DNA of 64,000 bases from Bacteroidaceae bacterium. Its GTDB lineage: Bacteria > Bacteroidota > Bacteroidia > Bacteroidales > Bacteroidaceae. The notes under the pieces were generated by a model. It was not told where the DNA came from and made no database searches. It saw only the letters and a program-made list of their open reading frames with translations. A program made the translations under genes and the position numbers. Below, one piece after another: positions 45,901-55,655 of this stretch. Numbering within the stretch: the first letter of the stretch is position 1; each line of letters starts with the position of its first letter. Location of the stretch: contig JAFWXS010000047.1 in NCBI GenBank assembly GCA_017517925.1, forward strand, positions 2,864 through 66,863, given 5' to 3'.

Positions 45901-47982
45901 TCAGTTGACGCTGAGGTTGACCTGCATGGTGGCCCGGTATTCTTTTCCGTCGGTATGTTTGTAGATGATGGCCTGGCGGATGGTGTAGGTCTTTCCGCGT
46001 GTAAGGCGTCCGGGGTATTGCCCTATGTAGCATCCGTACTTGTCGGGATAGAATTCGGCAAAGATGCGGGCGTTGCTGTTATAGCCGCATACGTTGCCCG
46101 CTGCATTGAACCAATGGCCGTAACAGGTGGATGAACTGGTCGATGTGGTGGTACTTTCCTTCAATGATCCATTGGTGCTGACCCCGGCAAAGCGTATCGT
46201 GTTTGACGTGCCTACCTTAACCGACGCGAGCTGCGCTGTGCTGAGTCCCAAGGCCTGGCTTATGGCATCCATATCGTACTGTACGCGCACAGAAGAATAG
46301 CTCGAACTGCTGTATGCCAATGTGGCATTGATCACTACCGTAGTGTCGTGCCGTACATAGTCGGTCGGGAATTCCCCGTAGGTGCGGTTAGCCCCATAGG
46401 GGTCTGAACCGGAGAACTTGACCGCGTATGGCCACTGCTCATCATCGGCTACATTGCCGTTCCACGAGTGAGTCCACCATTTCGTCGGGGCTCCCATCAC
46501 GACAAACCATAGGTGGGTGCAACCTTCGGGAATGGTGATGCTTACCTCTCCCTCTGCATCGCGCCCGGTACTGCTATAGGTGCGTGTGCCGTCGGCCGAG
46601 TAGGCCACGAGTCCGTAGCGCCATCCGGCACGCTCGGGGTATATCGAGCGATAGCCTGTGGCACCTACAAGTCCTTTGAATGTGGCGGTCACCACTGTGC
46701 CGGCGACAGGGACTTTCAGTGGGTTGGCATTGTAACCATAGTTCTGGGGGCAATACTCGGGCGATACCACCCACCAGTTCTTCTCACTATTGAGGTGAGA
46801 CTGCACGATGGCATCGGGAGCATCGGTCAGGCGCTGCTGTTCGCTGCCAATGAGTCCCTGCCCATATTTCTTCCACAAGTCAATGTCCATAGCTGCGATA
46901 TGGGCATATCCTTCAAACTGCTCATCGGCAAAGGTCGAGTCGTTGAGGTCGAATATACGCATATAGGCCTGTATGGGATCTTCGGGATTGACGGACTCAC
47001 GCCACACCCGGCCTATGGTGTTGAGTCCATGCTTCTGGCACCACCAGTCTTGATAATAGCAATTGTTGTATCGGGCATCTTCGTGGATGATGTTGAGGTG
47101 ATGCATGTCTTGATTGTTGTTCCAATTGGTGGCAAACTGCTTGTCGGGGTATACCTTATGAGCTTGCCAGTTGGCGCAGTCTTCCCACCACTCATTACCG
47201 CTGGAGTTCTCGCCCAACACGTAGTTCAGTCCGTGGTTCATACCCAGATCGGCACTGACGAGGTACTGGAACGTGTGTCCTATCTCATGCGCCACGGTGA
47301 CATTGTCGCTGGCTGCCCATGCATTGCAATGGAAGAGGCCGACCTTCTGCGATTTTGCGGTCTTCGTAGTGCCCGTCCCTGCAGTCCATACGGTACCGTC
47401 GACACCGCTTCCATCGGCACGCCAGTCAGACTGGTTTACGACGAACATCTCTATCTTCACCTTGTCTGTCGTCGATTTTCCCGGCACAAGGAAACCAAGG
47501 TCGCCCACATACACATCCCATATCTTCTCGGCATTGCGTAGCAGTGTGTTTACATTACATACGGAGTTCGAGGCCCCTCCTGTGAGGTTACCGTTGCTCT
47601 GCTTCTTCAGCCCTTTGGCCCAGAATACCACGAAATGCTCGCTTTCGGCACTGCGCTGGAAGCAGTAAGTGGAGTTCTCGTCGGTGAAGTCGTTTGAAGC
47701 ATATGTAGAGGGTTTCACAAGATAGCGTTCCAACTCGTCGAAACGATATTTCCCGTTAGTGCGATAACTTTTCGAACGAGCAGTCGTACGGTCTGCTCCC
47801 GCGTGGTATTTATATAGTTTATAGGTCGAGGAGAGAAACTCTATTGAGTCGATGTTGGTGAGATCGATGATTTCGTTTTCCACGAAGCGGTCGTCAAACT
47901 GCACCCACATGGTGTCGGGTTTCTCTTGTGCGAAGGCATTATAGCATAGTGCTATGCTTAGGGCAAGCAGTATATTTCTCAT
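45901..47982 (-). CDS. Secreted zinc-metalloprotease-like protein (HExxH)
   Basis: 693 aa with a signal peptide and the motif VAHEIGHTFQY. Confidence 0.7.
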   Translation of the reverse strand: MRNILLALSIALCYNAFAQEKPDTMWVQFDDRFVENEIIDLTNIDSIEFLSSTYKLYKYHAGADRTTARSKSYRTNGKYRFDELERYLVKPSTYASNDFTDENSTYCFQRSAESEHFVVFWAKGLKKQSNGNLTGGASNSVCNVNTLLRNAEKIWDVYVGDLGFLVPGKSTTDKVKIEMFVVNQSDWRADGSGVDGTVWTAGTGTTKTAKSQKVGLFHCNAWAASDNVTVAHEIGHTFQYLVSADLGMNHGLNYVLGENSSGNEWWEDCANWQAHKVYPDKQFATNWNNNQDMHHLNIIHEDARYNNCYYQDWWCQKHGLNTIGRVWRESVNPEDPIQAYMRIFDLNDSTFADEQFEGYAHIAAMDIDLWKKYGQGLIGSEQQRLTDAPDAIVQSHLNSEKNWWVVSPEYCPQNYGYNANPLKVPVAGTVVTATFKGLVGATGYRSIYPERAGWRYGLVAYSADGTRTYSSTGRDAEGEVSITIPEGCTHLWFVVMGAPTKWWTHSWNGNVADDEQWPYAVKFSGSDPYGANRTYGEFPTDYVRHDTTVVINATLAYSSSSYSSVRVQYDMDAISQALGLSTAQLASVKVGTSNTIRFAGVSTNGSLKESTTTSTSSSTCYGHWFNAAGNVCGYNSNARIFAEFYPDKYGCYIGQYPGRLTRGKTYTIRQAIIYKHTDGKEYRATMQVNLSVN

Positions 47983-47986
47983 GGTA

Positions 47987-48445
47987 TTATTTCTTTAAGA
48001 TTTTCAATGACGTTTCTCCTGCAGTGATGATGTAGGCCCCTTGGGGGAGTGGGCTCAGGTCGACAACGGTTTTGTCGCCAACCCATCGGGGATATACATT
48101 CATCTCGTTGCCGCCAGACGAATACACCTTAACCACAAGGGGTTTGTCGGTGTCGAATATCACCATATTGTCATTATATTCGGCCATCGTGCTGTTTATG
48201 GTATGTTCGATGCCATTAGGGTCATCAGTGGCCGATATATAGAAGTTCTTTATTCCGCTGAACTCATAGATATCGGTATCGACTTTGATTTTTCCGTCGA
48301 CAAACCGTATCATCGGATTGGTATCTTCACCGAGAAGATAGTATACCAATGCTCCGTTCTCCAAGGTAAGCACTAAACTTTTGGCCGGCAATGCGCCCAC
48401 AGCCAGCGACAAGGATATGGCGAAGGCAATAGTTCTTCCTTTCAT
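47987..48445 (-). CDS. Small secreted protein with a T9SS-type C-terminal domain
   Basis: The internal ATG at 48445 gives MKGRTIAFAISLSLAVGALPA. The C-terminus is LPQGAYIITAGETSLKILKK. Confidence 0.6.
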   Translation of the reverse strand: MKGRTIAFAISLSLAVGALPAKSLVLTLENGALVYYLLGEDTNPMIRFVDGKIKVDTDIYEFSGIKNFYISATDDPNGIEHTINSTMAEYNDNMVIFDTDKPLVVKVYSSGGNEMNVYPRWVGDKTVVDLSPLPQGAYIITAGETSLKILKK

Positions 48446-48542
48446 TTTCGATGTCAAGATTGAATGGTATAAATGTGTGTCTGCAAAAATATCCAAATCT
48501 TTCGAAATGAACAAATTTTCTCCTCCCCTATTACCTTCCGGG

Positions 48543-49616
48543 CTACAAGATTTGAATTTGTCGCTGTATCCACGTCCCCAGCAAAATCAGTACGTCAGAA
48601 GATATTGGAGATTTTATCTGTCTATATTCTTCAGGAGTTCCAGTTTCGCAAGGTAACAATATATGATTTAGCCCAGGAAAAATATGTGATTCCACCAACG
48701 GATTATGGGACAAACACCTCAGGGCATTGTTCGAGTGTATCTGGGCATTAACCATAATATCCTTTTCTGCATTTATAAGTAGCACGGGAACCTCTATTTT
48801 TGACAAATACTCTGCTGGGTTATAACGTATATGGAATCTATACCAAGGAGAGGTCGCGGTCATTGTATACATATAGATACTAAAGCGTATATGGGCATTC
48901 GTGGTATCTGTCCTCCAGTGATTGTAAGCCTCCATCAGTTTCTCGTCCAAATTGTCAGAATCAGCATAATGAAAGGCTGTGTGAAACATCTTTTCATTAA
49001 TTTCATTGTAAAGCATTTTATCCTCTTCGGACATGGGATAAGTATCGATTAGGTCACGATTCTGACAAATGAGAGCATTCAAGCCATCGAGCATCAATCC
49101 TGATAGGCTAACCATGAATGCAACATCAGGAGATTGCGAGGTGGCGATGGATACGGCAGCACCTCCTTCGCTATGCCCTATGAGACCAATCTTTTTGGGG
49201 TCTATATCAGTACGAGACTTTAGGTATTCGACCGCAGCGAGTGCGTCAAGAGCAAAATCATAGGTTGTTGCAGCATCGTAACATCCAGTGCTTCCTCCAA
49301 CCCCACGGTCATCACTGCGCAATACTGCAATACCTTGCGATACCAAATAGTCTGATATCTCTTTGAAAAGCAAATGACCTGCTATATTGCAGTCACGGTC
49401 TTGCTTTCCCGTTCCAGAGACGAGAACTACTACAGGATGCCTTTCCTGTCCATTTGTGGGAATAGCCAATGTTGCGGATAGACGGACAGTATCGCACGAG
49501 ACATAGACAATGGTCGAGTCTTCAATAAAAGGATGTTTTTCCTGTCCCCAACAGGTCAACGAATAACCTGCAACAATCACAAAGGCAAGCACCTTTAGAC
49601 AAGTTTCCCTACTCAT
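48543..49616 (-). CDS. Alpha/beta-hydrolase (serine hydrolase, GHSEGG nucleophile elbow)
   Basis: 357 aa with a signal peptide and a GxSxG motif. It overlaps the upstream gene by 4 nt. Confidence 0.8.
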   Translation of the reverse strand: MSRETCLKVLAFVIVAGYSLTCWGQEKHPFIEDSTIVYVSCDTVRLSATLAIPTNGQERHPVVVLVSGTGKQDRDCNIAGHLLFKEISDYLVSQGIAVLRSDDRGVGGSTGCYDAATTYDFALDALAAVEYLKSRTDIDPKKIGLIGHSEGGAAVSIATSQSPDVAFMVSLSGLMLDGLNALICQNRDLIDTYPMSEEDKMLYNEINEKMFHTAFHYADSDNLDEKLMEAYNHWRTDTTNAHIRFSIYMYTMTATSPWYRFHIRYNPAEYLSKIEVPVLLINAEKDIMVNAQIHSNNALRCLSHNPLVESHIFPGLNHILLPCETGTPEEYRQIKSPISSDVLILLGTWIQRQIQIL

Positions 49617-51643
49617 TTTTCGTTTTTCAGATATTCAATGATATAGGATATCTCATCTGCCATACCGACAGGACTCCCCTTATAGCCAGACCCCATCCAG
49701 CGGATGTGCCCTCTGCCATCAACAATGACTTTCAAAGGTATCCCCGATGTATGAAGGGCAGCACACATCGTTTTGTATAATTTATTCTGACTCTTGAGTT
49801 CACCTTCGTCAAATAAGACATTGAGGGAGTACCCTTTTGAATGAATAAATTCCTCAGCTTTCTTACGGTAGTCCGCTGTATTTTCCTCCGTGTCTACAAA
49901 ATAAAACTCTACATCGGAGTCATCAGCCCAACGGTCTACGAGCATCTGTCCGCCAGCCATAGAAGCCTTACACGGAGCACACCAGGTAGCCCAAAAATCC
50001 AAAAAGAGTATCTTACCCTCTTTCTTGTTTAGTTCCGTTATTCCTCCTTCCATATTCTCAAGCGCACAGAGTTCTATGGGGATGTCAATGAGCTGAGATA
50101 TGGCCTTTTCGCGTTCTTGCGCAATCTTCTCTGCGCTCTTCAACGAATATAGGTAATCTTCAAACCCCTCATAACTTCCCGAGTTCTTTCGATAGTCTTC
50201 ACGCAACAAATCCAGCATCTGTTGTGTAGTGGCATCGGTCGACACACATTTCTTTATGTATGGGATAACTTCCTCATCACGCCCCAGGTTCTGTAACAAA
50301 GCGACATAGATATTTGCATATTCAGCCTTGTCTGCATACAATGGATACACCATCTCCATGTACTTCATAGCTTCATCTGCTCTTTCCAAAGCATCTAGCA
50401 CTCGAGCATGCGCATACAATGCCATTGCACGGATCTTCACAACGTGTTTCTCCCACTCATTAGGCGAGTATACCAACATAGAGTACTCATCCCTCGGACG
50501 GGTTAACATCTCGTTTACAATCAGTTCAGAAAGCGGAAGAGCCTTTTCTGCAGAGATTTGTCCATTGGTAAAGGGTATCTCCACTACATGCCAATGAGTT
50601 GATACCAACTCATCGAAAGGAATGTCATGAATATATTTATAGACATTACTGTAATCATCGGCACGCATAATGCGGTCATAGTTGACTGCACGGAAGATTT
50701 TAGAATAGAACAAATCCGACACAAAGGAACGTGCATTTCTGAAATTTTCTGTAGGGAATCGCTTGAGGAAAGCTTCAAACTCCACTTGTGCCAACGCTGC
50801 TATGGAATCATCCGGTTCGCGGGTTTTGACACTTCCAAAAAGGTTCTGTATTCGAAGCAATTCTTCATCTCTCGCCATTATCCCATCGGGATAGAGCGCT
50901 TTTGTGCGTTCTTTTATCTGTCTCGCCAACGTCGTGTCAGACAATGTCCGCTGGGCTATATCATACATGTCACTCCATTGCTGGTCTGTAAGAGAGAGGC
51001 TGTCGTTGGCCAAGAAGAACAGGATACTCTCTTTTAGCTGTTGGTTCTTTTCACCAGGCTTTACTCTACCTAATGTATTCACCAAATAACGCAGTTGGTG
51101 GAGTTGTGCTTGGGGAAATTGTTGTAACTCATTATTGAGCCACATCAGCTGCACCTCTCCTGCAATGGGCTGTGCCCCTTCTGCTTCCATCATTCCAGGT
51201 AAGTTCAGTCCAGAGTTTGGCGTGCGAAGCATGGCCCACCCTAATCGTGAACCCTCCTTGTTCTGTTTGTTCTTGTCCAAAACGAACGTGGCATAGGTGG
51301 CAGGCCAACCCCAATCGGCCTTTTCTTCAGTATAGAATTTACTACATAATAATACTGCATCTTCAGGAACCTCGAACGTTGCAGTCCATCGGCCTCCCCT
51401 TTTCTTAAGATCCAAATCCGTCGCTTCCCACCAATAGTTGCGCATTATGTACAACACACCTTTCACCTTCTTTTCGTTTTCAAGAACTGTGCCTGCAGGG
51501 TTGTAAACGACCTTCTGTTTAGCTGCTCCCTCAATGACATATTGAGGTTCATATTGCACACCACTCGGAATGTCCTTTTTTGAACAAGATACAATCATCA
51601 GACATCCGATGACTAAAGTACTTAAGATAAAGATTCTTTTCAT
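49613..51643 (-). CDS. Lipoprotein with a C-terminal TlpA-like thioredoxin domain (WCAPC)
   Basis: 676 aa. It has LDFWATWCAPCKASM in the C-terminal region and a large N-terminal domain I could not assign. Confidence 0.8.
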   Translation of the reverse strand: MKRIFILSTLVIGCLMIVSCSKKDIPSGVQYEPQYVIEGAAKQKVVYNPAGTVLENEKKVKGVLYIMRNYWWEATDLDLKKRGGRWTATFEVPEDAVLLCSKFYTEEKADWGWPATYATFVLDKNKQNKEGSRLGWAMLRTPNSGLNLPGMMEAEGAQPIAGEVQLMWLNNELQQFPQAQLHQLRYLVNTLGRVKPGEKNQQLKESILFFLANDSLSLTDQQWSDMYDIAQRTLSDTTLARQIKERTKALYPDGIMARDEELLRIQNLFGSVKTREPDDSIAALAQVEFEAFLKRFPTENFRNARSFVSDLFYSKIFRAVNYDRIMRADDYSNVYKYIHDIPFDELVSTHWHVVEIPFTNGQISAEKALPLSELIVNEMLTRPRDEYSMLVYSPNEWEKHVVKIRAMALYAHARVLDALERADEAMKYMEMVYPLYADKAEYANIYVALLQNLGRDEEVIPYIKKCVSTDATTQQMLDLLREDYRKNSGSYEGFEDYLYSLKSAEKIAQEREKAISQLIDIPIELCALENMEGGITELNKKEGKILFLDFWATWCAPCKASMAGGQMLVDRWADDSDVEFYFVDTEENTADYRKKAEEFIHSKGYSLNVLFDEGELKSQNKLYKTMCAALHTSGIPLKVIVDGRGHIRWMGSGYKGSPVGMADEISYIIEYLKNEK

Positions 51644-51666
51644 AATTATTTGTTTTTAAGATTCAG

Positions 51667-53343
51667 TTATTCTAAGGTATCCCCACGTCCTTGGGGTTTC
51701 ACGCACATATCTACAACCCTTCCGAATCCACCAAAGACATTGTATGGTGCCTTCAGATTTCCGTTGGCATCACTTCTGTTGTTTAGTCGCAACGTCGTTC
51801 TGTTAATCGGAAATTCATAGATTTTACCTTCCTTCCCATTCCATGTAGCGACATACAGCAATGTGCCACTAATATCACTTAAATTAGGAGTATAATACTC
51901 CACATTGTATATGCAGAAATCCGTAATCTCTTCATCCTCAGGGAATGGCTCGTTTATCAGGATTCCCCTTTTGGCGCTGAAGTCATAGGAATAGATATTC
52001 TTGGATGAAGCATACAGCATTGTGTTTGCGGCATAGCGCCCACATTCAAAGAATTTTGCATCGTCTCCCTCCGTTGCTGCCGAGAAATCATATTTGGCTG
52101 CAGCTTGCTTGTATACTTGCGGATTAATGACCTCTTCCCCATTCTCTGTTACCGTGCTGGCAACGTTAAATCTCATGCGATAGAGATGACGCTTCGACCC
52201 ATCGGTGAATACGGCATAGGCCAAGGCTCCGTAGTTCTTTCCCATCCACACCATGTCCATCCCGATGTTGTTCACGTCAAAATACTTGGTTTTATTCTCC
52301 TCGTCCTGTTCGTTGAAGGCAAAGAGGATGGGCTCCACATCATAACTTTCTGCAACTTTCACGAAGCGTTTCCCTATCTCATCATATAGGATGGCCGAAT
52401 ACCCTGTTTGCGAGCCGAACAGATCTGGTTGGTACACATAAGGGGCAAAACGCATCTCTCCCGTCAAGCTGGCATTGGGTTTTAGTGCTCTTGAGAATTG
52501 ATATCCATACGACATCGTTGCCTGTTGGTTAAGGACATGCGCCTGTCCATCGTTCAGCATTACCGTCATATGCGTATTGCTGACCGAGCGAACCATTGCT
52601 GTTATGTCTATTTTATCAGGAGCCACCATAAACAGGTCCCCGTCTGCATGTTCCAAAGAGAAGTCCGAAGAATTTATACGCACCACCTGCTTATCGGTCC
52701 ATACGTAAAGGTTCTTCACCTGTGGCTCATAACTGCTCTTTGTCACCAAAGAGAAACTTACCCCCCTTGGCTCTCCATCCAATGGCTCTCCATGGTTATT
52801 TATGGCATAGACATTTGATATATGTCGGTTGCTTGCAAATGAGGGCTCGGCATAGGTCGAAGCGAGATAGTCCAAACGACATGTCCCATTATCATCCTGT
52901 AGCACCATCAGCCCCGAAAGGACACTCGGTAGGACACTTACATAGTACTTGAATCTATAACTTGCCCCAGTACTCTTCTCCGTCACCGTCAGCACCACGG
53001 CATAGTCGGTCGTGCTTGCTGGGCGAGTTATCTGTGCCCTAAGGTTCTTCTCTGTGCCAAGGACTATGGACTGTGTCTCTGTGTTAGCCCAATCATCCAG
53101 ATAGATTTCCCATTTATAAGCCATATCGTCATCGGCCAGTTGCTGCTGCGAGAAACCGAATTGCGGTTCTATACGCAAGGTGTCATAGCGGTCAATGACA
53201 TAACGGGACCCCTCAACGGGAGCATTCAAAAAGACCTCATTTAATTTCACATAGTCATAATTCCCCTTATCCTCATAGCATGACACCAAGAAGAGGGTGA
53301 GGCCGATAAGCAGAACGGGGAAATGGTTTTTATCTTTTATCAT
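51667..53343 (-). CDS. PKD-like-family lipoprotein (PUL accessory)
   Basis: 558 aa with a lipoprotein signal (LFLVSC). Its position and composition match the PKD-like proteins that follow DUF4843 genes. Confidence 0.65.
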   Translation of the reverse strand: MIKDKNHFPVLLIGLTLFLVSCYEDKGNYDYVKLNEVFLNAPVEGSRYVIDRYDTLRIEPQFGFSQQQLADDDMAYKWEIYLDDWANTETQSIVLGTEKNLRAQITRPASTTDYAVVLTVTEKSTGASYRFKYYVSVLPSVLSGLMVLQDDNGTCRLDYLASTYAEPSFASNRHISNVYAINNHGEPLDGEPRGVSFSLVTKSSYEPQVKNLYVWTDKQVVRINSSDFSLEHADGDLFMVAPDKIDITAMVRSVSNTHMTVMLNDGQAHVLNQQATMSYGYQFSRALKPNASLTGEMRFAPYVYQPDLFGSQTGYSAILYDEIGKRFVKVAESYDVEPILFAFNEQDEENKTKYFDVNNIGMDMVWMGKNYGALAYAVFTDGSKRHLYRMRFNVASTVTENGEEVINPQVYKQAAAKYDFSAATEGDDAKFFECGRYAANTMLYASSKNIYSYDFSAKRGILINEPFPEDEEITDFCIYNVEYYTPNLSDISGTLLYVATWNGKEGKIYEFPINRTTLRLNNRSDANGNLKAPYNVFGGFGRVVDMCVKPQGRGDTLE

Positions 53344-53353
53344 GATGTAAGCC

Positions 53354-54124
53354 TTAAGTTTCAGGTGAATAATGAATTTCTACTTTCTCCTCGGCCTTAT
53401 CATCCACATAGATAGGAGCGTGCGTTTTTCGATATTCGGCATAGTGCTCATTCAGTTGGGATGCAAACAACTGCAACTGAGCCGAGGTATAGAGGCCTGG
53501 TTCACTACCGTTGCTGAACCGGTCGGCTTGTGGCCAATCGGTAAGCCCGAGAACATCTATGGCAAACTGATACTTGCTATTGCTATACACACCAAAATAG
53601 TAGGGCCAGTGTGCGGGTCTCATCAAGATGTCACCCCACGAGAGACGGAAATGTATCGCATCGGCATTTCCTGCTGCCAGTTCTCCACCATTGGTTATCT
53701 CCAGATAAAGGCTCACGCTTTGTACCTTGGTGTCTTCCGTACGCTTAATGAGTATCGGCAAGTAGCCTTTATACTCATGGGCAGGGATTACTCCATTTAG
53801 AATCTCATAGTGCGTAGGACTCACCGCTGTCGTACTATCGGGAACGGCTATCGCACAGAATGTGCGATCATGGTCGGCAAGGCGTCCCATAAGCCAAGTT
53901 TCAATGTATATGGTATCTTCCATCAACATAGAGGGCTGAAGCGCAAACGAATAATTCTTCTCCCATACGTTCTTCTCTACGGACAATACTTCTTCCGTTT
54001 CATGAAAGTATACACGATCGTCCAATGCGTATACCAACCTCTCGTTCTCCTCGCATGCCATGAATATACTTAGCGCGCAAGCAATGCAGATGGTATATAT
54101 ACCTTTTAATCCTCGTTGTTTCAT
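53354..54124 (-). CDS. DUF4843-like lipoprotein (PUL accessory)
   Basis: The internal ATG at 54124 gives the lipoprotein signal MKQRGLKGIYTICIACALSIFMAC. It lies directly after the SusD gene. Confidence 0.65.
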   Translation of the reverse strand: MKQRGLKGIYTICIACALSIFMACEENERLVYALDDRVYFHETEEVLSVEKNVWEKNYSFALQPSMLMEDTIYIETWLMGRLADHDRTFCAIAVPDSTTAVSPTHYEILNGVIPAHEYKGYLPILIKRTEDTKVQSVSLYLEITNGGELAAGNADAIHFRLSWGDILMRPAHWPYYFGVYSNSKYQFAIDVLGLTDWPQADRFSNGSEPGLYTSAQLQLFASQLNEHYAEYRKTHAPIYVDDKAEEKVEIHYSPET

Positions 54125-54134
54125 AGTGTCCTTA

Positions 54135-55643
54135 TTATTTCTCGTTTTCTCTTTCACCGAACTCGACCTCGTCATCGGGCAATGGGAAGGTATAGTTGGG
54201 GGCTACATAAGTCGTGCTGATAGAACTACCCACAGCAGTTTCTATAGGGATGCGTTCGTAGTTCAATCTCTTGTAATAGTAATATATCTGACCTTCACAT
54301 ACGAATTCTTTCAGGTACTCCTTGCGTATTTCCTCGTAAGCCTCCTCCTTTGTTAAATTCAGCGGTAGGTCGTCGATTAGGTTTCTATGACTGCGCACAG
54401 TATTCAGATGACGGATACAAGATTCAATGTTTTGGTTGGCAACCAATTCACACTCTGCAGCAATGTAATATGCTTCTGAAAGTCTCATCAAGGGAATTCG
54501 ATGCATATATCTCGTGTTCCCGCTCATAGGTTGCATATATTTCGTGTTGTATCTCTTTCCGTCCAGTTCCTTGTTTTGGTAGGCATAGCGATAGTCTCCG
54601 AAATATCCCGTATTGAAAAGTTCATAGATGGCATGGTAACTTGTTTCATTCATGATGAGCGACATCTGATTACTTGATGTGAAATAAGACGAATATCTCG
54701 TTCTCAAGTCACTGTCATAGAGCGCAAACACCAATTCCTCGGCAAAGATTCGATTACGCTGTTCATCTTCTGCCACATTTATCTCCTCGTCGGGGGTCCA
54801 ATAGAAAGTGCCCTGTTGTATTACAGATTCTGCAGCAACCAATGCCTCATCGTGCAATCCCATATAGAGATATATTCGAGCCTGCAACAGTTTGACCCCA
54901 TAATAGTTCAACTTGAAGGTACGATCCCTCTCATAGTTGACATCGGCATTTTCAACCTCCTTCTCCGTAGAGGTGTTGCCTTCACCGACAATCACCGGAT
55001 CTCGCGAGAGTTCATGCTCTGCCACAGCCAGATCTTCGAGGCATAAGCCAAGAGCCTCCTCCACAGTGCTGAGTGGGGTGACATCGGCCGTGACACTCTT
55101 CATGTATGGGATGCATTTGTCATTCTTGTCCTTGGCATAAGATGCTCCCCACAATTTGGTGAGGTCAAAATGCAAGAATGCTCTCAAGGCATATGCTTCA
55201 CCACGAATAAGATGATAGTTGCGTCCTGTGAATATTGTGCTATCAGCCTCGTCAATGTGCACAATCAACTCATTGTCATTGCTTAAAGCCGTGTAGGCCT
55301 TACTCCAGATTGAGTTTATGCGCTGTTCACATTCAGCATTCTCATAATCAAATGCTGCATCGTACTTATAGGTGTTATTCGTTGCCATTCCGGTATAGTA
55401 CTGCCCCATGGCGTCCAGCATACCGAAGGTGAGTTCCTTGCCATAGAGGGACTCATCAGTCAGCAAGAGATATACTCCCGTCAGTGCATCCTTATACCCT
55501 TGTTCCGTACTGAAGTTGTCATCAGACTTGATTTGTGTTTTAGGGCTCACGTCAAGCCAATCTTCGCATCCTGTCAAGCAGAGCGATACGAGCAGCAAGC
55601 CATAGGATAAGATATTCTTCTTGATGTTCTGCATAGTTGTCAT
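54135..55643 (-). CDS. RagB/SusD-family nutrient-binding outer-membrane lipoprotein
   Basis: 502 aa with a lipoprotein signal (LCLTGCEDW) and a TPR-like SusD pattern. It lies downstream of the SusC gene. Confidence 0.9.
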   Translation of the reverse strand: MTTMQNIKKNILSYGLLLVSLCLTGCEDWLDVSPKTQIKSDDNFSTEQGYKDALTGVYLLLTDESLYGKELTFGMLDAMGQYYTGMATNNTYKYDAAFDYENAECEQRINSIWSKAYTALSNDNELIVHIDEADSTIFTGRNYHLIRGEAYALRAFLHFDLTKLWGASYAKDKNDKCIPYMKSVTADVTPLSTVEEALGLCLEDLAVAEHELSRDPVIVGEGNTSTEKEVENADVNYERDRTFKLNYYGVKLLQARIYLYMGLHDEALVAAESVIQQGTFYWTPDEEINVAEDEQRNRIFAEELVFALYDSDLRTRYSSYFTSSNQMSLIMNETSYHAIYELFNTGYFGDYRYAYQNKELDGKRYNTKYMQPMSGNTRYMHRIPLMRLSEAYYIAAECELVANQNIESCIRHLNTVRSHRNLIDDLPLNLTKEEAYEEIRKEYLKEFVCEGQIYYYYKRLNYERIPIETAVGSSISTTYVAPNYTFPLPDDEVEFGERENEK

Positions 55644-55655
55644 TCCTAAATGTTA